Of a DNA stretch of 64,000 bases, positions 13,103 through 21,590 are shown piece after piece (position 1 is the stretch's first letter; every line of letters starts with the position of its first letter). Under the pieces are notes generated by a model. That model was not told where the DNA came from and made no database searches. It saw only the letters and a program-made list of their open reading frames with translations. The translations under genes were made by a program, and so were the position numbers. Source of the stretch: Armatimonadota bacterium (GTDB lineage: Bacteria > Armatimonadota > HRBIN16); the NCBI GenBank assembly GCA_963677485.1, contig OY781964.1:2016001-2080000 (forward strand), written 5' to 3'.

Positions 13103-13295
13103 GGTGAGCTCCCCGGACACCAAAAGCAGTCGGGGAGCTAATCTCACCCCTTAGCTGGGGGTGAAGGAGAAGGATTGGATGCCGGAACCGCCCCTGGTGG
13201 AAAACACCGTGACGTAGATAGGCATCCTTCTCCCAATCAACCCATATCGAACAGTATCTTGGGAGAAAACCCCGTGTTCGCTAGGCTGATTTGGT
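13103..13295 (+). ncRNA. IS110 bridge RNA
   Basis: Two 5' hairpins; target loop with ACCGCCCCT (13187-13195) and GTAG (13214-13217); donor loop with ACAGTATCT (13251-13259) and CTAG (13281-13284); closing stems ggagaagg..atgcc/ggcatccttctcc and caatcaacc/ggttgattg; ends approximate. Confidence 0.88.
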
Positions 13296-13334
13296 TGATT
13301 GCACCATCAATCACTACCAACTGGAGATTACCAC

Positions 13335-14627
13335 ATGCACGAAGTTGAAGACAAAATCTACATCCATTATGTCGGGATCGACATCTCGAAATTGACGTTT
13401 GACGCGTCTGTATTAGGTTCATCGCACAAGCCGATAGACCATAAGGAGTTCAAGAACAACAAGGCCGGATACAAGGAGTTGTTGTCATGGGTGAAGAAGC
13501 TTACCCGAACTCCCGCCTTGTATGCGGCTGAAGCCACCGGGCCTTACAGCCGACCGCTGCTTGATTACCTCTACGAGCACCAGCACGATGCTGTCCAACT
13601 GGAGCCAAAACGGGTTCTCTATCACCGCAAAGCCAAAGGCTGGGAACAAAAGACGGACTGCTCTGACAGCGTGCTAATCGCTGACTATGTGAAAAGTCAC
13701 AATGTCTCACTCTATGTCCCTCGTCTAGCATGCTATGATGCGCTTATTGGTTACACCAATGACCGCCGTATGCTGGTGCAACACAGACAGGCGATCGCCC
13801 AGCGCCAAAGCTGTCGGCTTACGCGGAGCACAGTGCTGGACGAGATGATCGCTTTTCATGACATGGGCATCAAAAAGCTTGATGTTCAGATCAAAGAGCT
13901 TGTGATGAGTTCACCGCAGATGACCGAAGATATGGCTCTGCTGAAGAGCATTCCGGGTATCGGCGACGTCACAGCAAGCTATTTCCTTGCGAAAATCGGT
14001 GATGCTAAACGATTTGAAACATCGAAAGCGGTCGCGCGCTATTTCGGAATGAACCCCTGCCCGCAACGGTCAGGAAGCTGCAAGACATACGACGGCTCCA
14101 TATCCAAGATGGGTGACCGATATATGCGGACATTACTCTACTGTGGATCGAGCACTGTGGTGAAGATGGTCAACGGTAAGTCGAAAAAGCTTGGCCAGAG
14201 CATGCACGACTTCGTGAAGGAACTGCAGCATCCGAATTTGGTAAAGAATCCCAATAAGAAACCGAAGTCCAAGCGAGTTGTCCGGTGCGCAATCATGCGC
14301 AAGCAGCTGGTGCTCATGTGGTCGGTATTAATCAGCCGTCAGCCATATGATCCAAACTTCGGCATCGAACAAGCTTCAAATGCGGCCAACCAGCAACCGC
14401 TGACCGACGCGAACGGACATGTCCAGGATCGTGCCGGAGCGGCCCATGATATAGCCGGTGTAGGCAATGATCCTGGGCTGGACGTGAGCGTTCCAAGACG
14501 GGGATGCGTGGATGGAAATCCCACCAATGAGCCCACTCCTGCCGGCGGTGGTCGGCCCGCATCCCGAAACCGGCCATCGCGCAGTCGGGTGGGCAACAAA
14601 CCGAGGGTTCTGACACCAGTATCCTAG
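13335..14627 (+). CDS. IS110 family recombinase/transposase
   Basis: RuvC-like DEDD motifs (VGID, AEATG, KTDCSD), SIPGIG, catalytic Ser in QRSGS; ATG 13335 after GGAG. Confidence 0.95.
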   Translation: MHEVEDKIYIHYVGIDISKLTFDASVLGSSHKPIDHKEFKNNKAGYKELLSWVKKLTRTPALYAAEATGPYSRPLLDYLYEHQHDAVQLEPKRVLYHRKAKGWEQKTDCSDSVLIADYVKSHNVSLYVPRLACYDALIGYTNDRRMLVQHRQAIAQRQSCRLTRSTVLDEMIAFHDMGIKKLDVQIKELVMSSPQMTEDMALLKSIPGIGDVTASYFLAKIGDAKRFETSKAVARYFGMNPCPQRSGSCKTYDGSISKMGDRYMRTLLYCGSSTVVKMVNGKSKKLGQSMHDFVKELQHPNLVKNPNKKPKSKRVVRCAIMRKQLVLMWSVLISRQPYDPNFGIEQASNAANQQPLTDANGHVQDRAGAAHDIAGVGNDPGLDVSVPRRGCVDGNPTNEPTPAGGGRPASRNRPSRSRVGNKPRVLTPVS

Positions 14628-14932
14628 CTGCGGCAGTCTGCCGATAGCACGCATCGAAGCATAACGATATCTTTCGAAGCCACGAAGATGTCGCACGTCC
14701 GTTCGCGACTCCGAGCGTCATGTGAGGTGCTACGGACCAACTGATGCCATCTGAGCCTGTTTCTGTCGCGGATCCAGGTTTGGTCTATATGCCACAAACA
14801 TCACATTAACGTTATTCTACGTGGTCTAGAGCCAGTGTCTGATATTCAGGTCCAAATCCCCAGATTTGCCCCTGGGGACTTGACAAAAGCCACAGTATCT
14901 ACAGGCCAATACGTGAACCCGCGGCCAATTAG

Positions 14933-16890
14933 CCCAACTTCCGCAGTTAATCGGCTTGAATGAATTTCAAGCCGATTTTTCGTGCTCAGCATGTTGACAT
15001 CATAGACAGGTTCGTGCTCAAAACATTCAATAATGCTCTGTAGTGTAGAAAATGAGTATGAAAATATCGTGTATATTCAGGGTATGTATTTACGAAAATG
15101 CCGACAAAACAAAGGTGGCAGGGAATACTGCTATTGGCAGCTCGTTGAGTCATATCGGCCAGAACGTGGCGCGCGTCAACGTGTTGTAGCCAACCTGGGC
15201 GAACTCGATCTACCCAGCCAAAAAGGCATGAGGCAATTCGCCACAGGCCAACAAACGCGGGTGTATCAAACCAGTCTGCTCGAGGAGAACTCACCACCTC
15301 AATGGGTAGTTGTGGATACCAGCAGTGTCACAGTAGACCGTGTGAAACAATATGGTGGGGCCTGGCTTTGTATTCAAGTCATCGACAGATTGCATCTCAG
15401 TGGCTTCCTAAAAGAGGTGATGCCCAGAGGCCGTGAATCCGTTCCCTGGCATTCTATGGCCTTAGTACTGGTGATATCAAGACTGCTCGAACCCTCCAGT
15501 GAACTGCAGATCGCCCAACATTTGTTTGAACGCACCTCATTAAGCGACCTGCTCGGTATTCCTAAGCACAAATTGAACGATGACCGGTTATACCGCGCAC
15601 TGGATGCGTTGTTGCCGCATAAGCAGGCCCTTGAGAGACACCTCAAAAACCGTCTTGGCGAATTGTTCCAGATTGAATACGACCTTCTTCTCTATGATGT
15701 CACCAGCACCTATTTCGAAGGACAAGCTAATCGTAACGAACAAGCCAAACGCGGCTATTCGCGCGATCACCGCGGTGACTGCAAGCAAGTCTGCATTGCA
15801 CTAGTGGTGTCAAAGTGTGGGATGCCCTTTGCCTATGAGCTTTTCGACGGTAACCGACACGACTCGACAACAGTTCAAGAGATCATACTCAGTATTGAAG
15901 CAAAATTCGGCTCAGCCGACCGTGTCTGGGTCATGGATCGCGGCATGACAAGCGAGGATAACATCGAGTTCCTCAAGACCCGCGGTCAGCACTACATCAT
16001 AGGTACACCGAAATCGTGCTTGAAGCAATATGAACAGCAGTTACTTGAAGGTAACTGGGATGTGGTGCATGAAGGGCTGGAAGTGAAACTGTGCCCCACT
16101 CCTGATGGTCAAGAGACATTTGTTTTGTGTAGGAGTGCCAATCGGCATGAAAAAGAGAAGGCGATGCATGACAGGTTTGCAGCATGTTATGAAGAGGGCT
16201 TAGAGAAGATAGCTAAAAACTGCTTGAATCGTCGGCAAGACGTCGTCACCACTGCACAGAGAGTGGGCAGATTGAAACAACAATACAGCCGGGCATCTGG
16301 CCTGTTTGACGTAAAGATCACCGAGTTAGATGGGAGAGCACAGATATCCTGGACAAAGCTCGAAGAATGGAGCAGCTGGGCCACGTTAAGTGAAGGCTGT
16401 TACATACTACGCAGCAATATGACTTCCTGGAGTGCCAACGACTTATGGAAAGCGTACATACAGCTGACACAGGCAGAGGCGGCATTCAGAATTCATAAAA
16501 GTGACCTCGCGATCAGACCAATCTGGCACCAGAAGACGGAGCGTGTTCATGCGCACATACTGGTCTGTTTCATGGCATTTGTTCTGTGGAAAACGCTGGA
16601 GCAAATGTGTGTGCAGTCTGGATTAGGTGACAGCCCTCGCATTGTGCTAGACGAACTAAGCCAGATATATACAGTCGATGTGTGGATGGCTACCAAAAAC
16701 GGCCAAAAGATACGTCATCGGACGATCTCAGAACCGACCAAACACCAGCTCATTCTTTTACAAAGGCTCGGACTTTACCTTCCAAGATCACCATTAACCT
16801 GCAGAAATGTAGTGTAGAAAATAAGCTTTCATTTGCGTGCAGTTGAGCACAAACTGCACATCATAAAAACGACAAACTGCGGAAGTTGGG
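14933..16890 (+). mobile_element. IS1634 family insertion sequence
   Basis: Terminal IRs CCCAACTTCCGCAGTT / AACTGCGGAAGTTGGG, flanked by a TTAG direct repeat (14929-14932, 16891-16894). Confidence 0.9.
15084..16817 (+). CDS. IS1634 family DDE transposase
   Basis: YWQLVESYR..RQRVVANLG, YDVTSTYFEG, RGYSRDHR, VMDRGM, AEAAFRIHKSDL..RPIWH motifs. Confidence 0.95.
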   Translation: MYLRKCRQNKGGREYCYWQLVESYRPERGARQRVVANLGELDLPSQKGMRQFATGQQTRVYQTSLLEENSPPQWVVVDTSSVTVDRVKQYGGAWLCIQVIDRLHLSGFLKEVMPRGRESVPWHSMALVLVISRLLEPSSELQIAQHLFERTSLSDLLGIPKHKLNDDRLYRALDALLPHKQALERHLKNRLGELFQIEYDLLLYDVTSTYFEGQANRNEQAKRGYSRDHRGDCKQVCIALVVSKCGMPFAYELFDGNRHDSTTVQEIILSIEAKFGSADRVWVMDRGMTSEDNIEFLKTRGQHYIIGTPKSCLKQYEQQLLEGNWDVVHEGLEVKLCPTPDGQETFVLCRSANRHEKEKAMHDRFAACYEEGLEKIAKNCLNRRQDVVTTAQRVGRLKQQYSRASGLFDVKITELDGRAQISWTKLEEWSSWATLSEGCYILRSNMTSWSANDLWKAYIQLTQAEAAFRIHKSDLAIRPIWHQKTERVHAHILVCFMAFVLWKTLEQMCVQSGLGDSPRIVLDELSQIYTVDVWMATKNGQKIRHRTISEPTKHQLILLQRLGLYLPRSPLTCRNVV

Positions 16891-16904
16891 TTAGCCACCG
16901 GTAA

Positions 16905-17520
16905 CGGGCTGTCCGCCAGACCGCGCCGGAGATGGGCTGCACAGCAATCGCAAGCGTGCTGAGTAACCGGCGCGGTCAAATACCTAATCTGTGTCATCTG
17001 CGCCATCTGTGGATCGCAACTCGCTGTCTGTGCAAATCGCCATCTGCCTTGGAAAAAGACCGGCGCGGTCTATAGCCATCTGTAACCGCCGGTGTACCGA
17101 CAGACCGCCCCGGACATAGCCAATGGGGCTTCGGTGGCCGCCTCTCTTGCGCCGGCCGCTAATGATCAGCCGTGCGGTGAAGGAACCCGCGGCAAGATGG
17201 CTCACGAGATTTGGCTATCCGCCAGACCGCGCCGGAGATGGGCTGCACAGCAATCGCAAGCGTGCTGAGAAACCGGCGCGGTCAAATACCCAATCTGCGT
17301 CATCTGCGCCATCTGTGGATCGCAACTCCCTGTCCGTGGCAATCGCCATCCGCCTTGGAAAAAGACCGGCGCGGTCCTGGGCCTTCTGCAGCCGCTAGCG
17401 TACTGACAGACCGCCCCGGACATAGCCAATCGAGACGCTACGCGGCCAAACACCCTTCGCGTCTTCGCGTCTTCGCGTGACATTTCCCCTCCGCGCCCTC
17501 CGCGTCTCCGCGTGAGACAT
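16905..17520. repeat. tandemly duplicated repeat mosaic (about 16910-17125 vs 17218-17430)
   Basis: Two near-identical blocks starting tccgccagaccgcgccggagatgggctgcacagc, each containing a family B hairpin. Confidence 0.85.
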
Positions 17521-17525
17521 ATGAC

Positions 17526-20498
17526 CTACCCCAGGTGATACAGCGCGGTGCCCTTATCGGGGATGTCCGCGGTGAAATCCCGTATGCCGGTGCCGATGAG
17601 CTTGCCGCTGAATAGCTCGGTCACCCGGGCAGCACGAGGCAGACGCACAGTGCGTGGCCCTCCTACGTTCACATTCACAGCCAACATGCTGCGGTTGGCC
17701 CACACCACCTCATCGCCCTCGGTATACAGATGCACTCCAGCCATTCGCGCCAGGTTGCGCAGCAGGCCGGTGGGCAGCATCGGTGCAGAGGAAAACACGG
17801 ATGTCCAGCCGCGCATCTGCAGCGAAACCAGACCCGCCTGCCCTCCCTTGACCAGCTTCCCATGCTGTCTCACCAGCGGATCGTTGGCGTAGACCACCGG
17901 CCCATTGACCAGCTCAGAGCCGTAGACCAGTCCCGAGGGCAGACCAGCAAGCAGGGGGTCCGTGCCCGATATCTGCACCTGCATGGGTGCCTCTTCACGC
18001 GCCATCTCCAGATGAATGCCCGTCAGCGATTGCATACCAGCCGGTGCCAGTTGCCCATCCTGGTAGATTCCAGGCGCGTAAACCCACACCGCCACGCGTC
18101 CACCATGTTTGACCACCTTATCGATCATCTTACGCTGGGCATCGGTGGGCGCGAAGCAGGAGATAAAAACATACATGCGATGGTCAGGGATTCGCTCCAG
18201 GTCGTCCAGCAGATAGCAGCCGAACGGTGCCCCCATGCGGCCAATGAGGGGTAACTGCTGCATGATCAACGGCCCGCTGAGCGCATTGCCCGTGCGTAGC
18301 CAGGCCAGCGAGTGGGGGTCAACGATGTAGGCCACTTGATCGGCTGGTGAGCGGTCCCAGGCCAGACTCTTGCCTGCGATGGCCGCCATCTCGCCGATGG
18401 AGCTCATCATGCGCGGATCGTCATACCAGCCGCCGCCCATATCGAACCACCACTTGCCGCAGCTATGGCCCATCACGCAGGCGAACTCCCGCTGCTGCTG
18501 TTGGATGCTCTCCTCGCAGCTCGCGGTCTTACCCCACTCCACCAGCGGACCGGGGGTGATCCAGGTTTTGTAGTCGTTTTCGTCCATCCAAAGCTTGCCA
18601 TGGGCGCGCACCGAATCGGTCAGCGACATAAAATGCGTGTAGCCCGTGCCCGGGTCGCGGAAGGCGTAGCTGGTGGGGCTAGTCATGAAGTCCACATCCG
18701 GACAGTTCAGCAGCTTAAGCAACGAGAGGTGCCCCGCGTTCTGCTGGCGTTGCTCCGCCGCGAGTTGCAGCACATATCCGTAGAACGCACCCACGAGCTT
18801 CTCGCGGCGGGTGGCGTCTTTCACCACCTTCGCGAAGTAGGCGATGGTCTCCACCACCAGATCGCTGTTATATAATGTGTAGTCGATGACCGACTGCTCT
18901 TTGGCAGGATCGTGCAGGCTGAATATCGCCGCATCACTCCGCTGCGCCTTGGTGGGAATCGGCGCGGTCTCGAACGTCACCGAAGCATCGCCCCAGGCCG
19001 TGCGCAGCGCGTCGACCGATTGGTATTTCGCCTTCAGCCAGCGATGGAACGCCTCACGGTTCGGACGGCTGTAGTCCACCCACTGGTTCTCATTCCCACC
19101 CCACATCATCCACTCTTCGGTGGTACCCGAGGCGATGTGGTAGCCGATCACACGATCCGACCACGGCGAACCCTCCATATGCCGGATGTAGCGCTGGATG
19201 GCCATCGCGGTGTCCTTCCGCCAGACCTCTGAGGCCCATGAGGGAACAGGTCGGTTCTCAGAGTGAAGGAACGGGATGGGCTTTCCGTCGCCTGGGTCGT
19301 AGGTCACCAGCTCATCGGGATGGGCATCGGTCCACCACTTCGGTGCTCGCAGGTAGAGTCGAGGGAAGAAATGCGCTTCAGGGTCGCTGGACAGCACCTT
19401 CATAGATCGTTCATCGGTTTGGGAGTAGTCCCATGTGTTTGGCGCGGTCCAGGTCTCCCTTGAGAGGGTATAACCTGACTCAGTCGGCGTGGCGCTGAAG
19501 GTATACAGATGCACACCCGCCTTGCCAAACTGCGTGTAGTATCGGGTGTTGGGGTTATAGGACATGTAGGACATCGCCGCATCTGGCTTGCCGTTGATGT
19601 GCAGCGTGGGCACTCCGCCATACGGCTGCACAGTCGCCACCCCCTTGCCAGGCCGTCGGGCTTGAACCTTCAGCTTCGCGAGCACCGGTGTTCCGCCGAT
19701 GCCCTCAACACTGGCATACCCTAAGCTCAGCACTATGCTGTGCAGACCACCCCATGCAAACTCCGGAACCTGCAGTTTGACCGGACCGAACGGCAGAGCC
19801 CTCCCTGCCTTCCACACCGCGGGCAGAGTGATGGGAACACGCGCCACCACCTGTTCACCATGCACCAACTGCAGCTCGTTGGCACCCTCACTGCGGTATT
19901 CTTTGACAGGGGTGATGCTGCCGCGGATGCTGAGCGTCTTGCCAGCAACGGCTGAGGCAGGTGCGATCACGGTGGCTTTGATACGCGCAGGGGGCACCCT
20001 CAGCACAGAGATATCGGCGATATCCAGCCGGTACTCCTGACCACTCTTGATGCCGTAGGCGATCACCGCCATCGACTGAATCGGCAGACTGATCTTTCTG
20101 TCGGGGTCCTGTGACCAGGATCCAAGTGCAAACTGATCCCATGTAAAGCTGACCTGCTGCCATTCAGGTGTGGCCTGAACAGATATCGCAGGCACCACAT
20201 AATCAGCATTGCCGCTATCCACCAGTTTCACCGCCAGCTCGAACGGGGCACCTGTGTTGCGCAGCTTTAACACCAGCTCCTTGAAGGGGATTTTTATCTG
20301 CGGACGCACGAACATATCGGCAAAGGAATCCGCGCGAGGTGCGAAGCTCCAACGCACCGCATTGCCCTCAGGTTTGATCTCATGGTGCAGATATTCGGCT
20401 GCCATACGGCCACCATCGCGACCGCTGTCCCATTTATCTGCGGCGTTACCGGAGAACAGTGTCTCCCGTTTCAGTGTGGCGGTGCTATTCTGTGGCAT
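17526..20498 (-). CDS. beta-galactosidase-like glycoside hydrolase, paralog of 9179-12160
   Basis: Long identical peptide blocks shared with the 9179-12160 protein (HFFPRLYLRAPKWW, ASGTTEEWMMWGGNE, WWFDMGGGW). Confidence 0.8.
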   Translation of the reverse strand: MPQNSTATLKRETLFSGNAADKWDSGRDGGRMAAEYLHHEIKPEGNAVRWSFAPRADSFADMFVRPQIKIPFKELVLKLRNTGAPFELAVKLVDSGNADYVVPAISVQATPEWQQVSFTWDQFALGSWSQDPDRKISLPIQSMAVIAYGIKSGQEYRLDIADISVLRVPPARIKATVIAPASAVAGKTLSIRGSITPVKEYRSEGANELQLVHGEQVVARVPITLPAVWKAGRALPFGPVKLQVPEFAWGGLHSIVLSLGYASVEGIGGTPVLAKLKVQARRPGKGVATVQPYGGVPTLHINGKPDAAMSYMSYNPNTRYYTQFGKAGVHLYTFSATPTESGYTLSRETWTAPNTWDYSQTDERSMKVLSSDPEAHFFPRLYLRAPKWWTDAHPDELVTYDPGDGKPIPFLHSENRPVPSWASEVWRKDTAMAIQRYIRHMEGSPWSDRVIGYHIASGTTEEWMMWGGNENQWVDYSRPNREAFHRWLKAKYQSVDALRTAWGDASVTFETAPIPTKAQRSDAAIFSLHDPAKEQSVIDYTLYNSDLVVETIAYFAKVVKDATRREKLVGAFYGYVLQLAAEQRQQNAGHLSLLKLLNCPDVDFMTSPTSYAFRDPGTGYTHFMSLTDSVRAHGKLWMDENDYKTWITPGPLVEWGKTASCEESIQQQQREFACVMGHSCGKWWFDMGGGWYDDPRMMSSIGEMAAIAGKSLAWDRSPADQVAYIVDPHSLAWLRTGNALSGPLIMQQLPLIGRMGAPFGCYLLDDLERIPDHRMYVFISCFAPTDAQRKMIDKVVKHGGRVAVWVYAPGIYQDGQLAPAGMQSLTGIHLEMAREEAPMQVQISGTDPLLAGLPSGLVYGSELVNGPVVYANDPLVRQHGKLVKGGQAGLVSLQMRGWTSVFSSAPMLPTGLLRNLARMAGVHLYTEGDEVVWANRSMLAVNVNVGGPRTVRLPRAARVTELFSGKLIGTGIRDFTADIPDKGTALYHLG

Positions 20499-20685
20499 TT
20501 TGGTCCCTCATGTATGTATTCCGTCTGATCGGATATGATTCGTTTTGATTCTAAATACACCAGCAACCGGCGTGATACCTTCTTTCAGTATCAGTTCAAC
20601 TGCGCACCTAGAAGTAAGATGAGTACCATATCATCTATCTGCTTCGGGTATAATCAAGCCAATGAATGCATTGGGAGGCTGTGCC

Positions 20686-21111
20686 ATGACGCTCCGCGAA
20701 TTCATCGCCGAAAAACGCAACACCATCCTTGAGCAACTCAAACTTCATCAAAAGCCGGAAGGTCGGATACTCTCTGAGCACTTTGATGAGGCGATCCAAC
20801 TGCCCATCATCCAACTGGGGGCTATCCGCTACACGCCTCATGGTGTTATTCTCGAATACAGTTTCAGGTCAGAGGGTGATACCCAGGTTATCATCATCCC
20901 GATATCCGTGCATACCCCAGAGCCTGTGGTCTTTCTGCCCGTCCCTCACTGGGTTCACGCTCAGATATGGCAAGGAGAGGTGAAAGGAAGCTTCCATCTG
21001 GCGTCGGAGGCACGGATGTTAGTCGATGAGTTGGTCCATGATGTGTTCAACTCACAACAGACTGCGGCATTTGAAACACAAGGGGACAACCCGTACCAGC
21101 GCGAGAGCTAG
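20686..21111 (+). CDS. hypothetical protein
   Basis: GGAGG RBS before ATG 20686; 141-aa ORF. Confidence 0.7.
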   Translation: MTLREFIAEKRNTILEQLKLHQKPEGRILSEHFDEAIQLPIIQLGAIRYTPHGVILEYSFRSEGDTQVIIIPISVHTPEPVVFLPVPHWVHAQIWQGEVKGSFHLASEARMLVDELVHDVFNSQQTAAFETQGDNPYQRES

Positions 21112-21119
21112 TGCCAGAT

Positions 21120-21460
21120 TCGTAAGTTGTCCGCATTGAGCGGGGGATAACCTGTGCAAAACTCGGTCATGAATGTGCAAGACCGTCAGTTATCCACCAG
21201 ATTTTTGGATCAAAACATCGGAACAATTCTAGTAAAGTGCATTTGGTGTATAAGCGGCTTCGGTCATCAACTGGATGATGTGCATATCTATCAGTCTGAT
21301 TTACCGAAATTGACAGGCTCTGTGTCAGTGCTTAAGCATGAATGAACTGTGGTTCCGGCTGATTTTGTTGAAAAGCAGGAGTGATTTGGAGTTATCCACA
21401 GTATCCACAGCCCTCTCTATCACTATTAAGATTCTATTTATACTAATAAGAAGATAGCGT
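21120..21460. other. probable chromosomal replication origin (oriC)
   Basis: Non-coding cluster of DnaA-box-like 9-mers (21153-21161, 21190-21198, 21245-21253, perfect TTATCCACA 21392-21400, GTATCCACA 21401-21409), then a GC spacer, CTA/TCA/CTA/TTA trio-like run and AT-rich tract. Confidence 0.75.
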
Positions 21461-21590
21461 TAAAGATTGCTTTCAAGTCGCCGCCTGAACTGCGCCGGGC
21501 CTTCTCAGGAATGGGCAGATGAAGGTCTTCTACCCCGATTTGGAGAATAGTAAGGATAGAAACGACGCACACCTTCTGGAGGCCAAACCA

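Larger units (their letters stand above)
13089..14900 (+). mobile_element. IS110 family (IS621-like) insertion sequence, complete
   Basis: CT(A) core at both junctions (13087-13088, 14899-14900); removing it restores the REP end ATCGCCCCTAC; no terminal IR or TSD. Confidence 0.92.
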
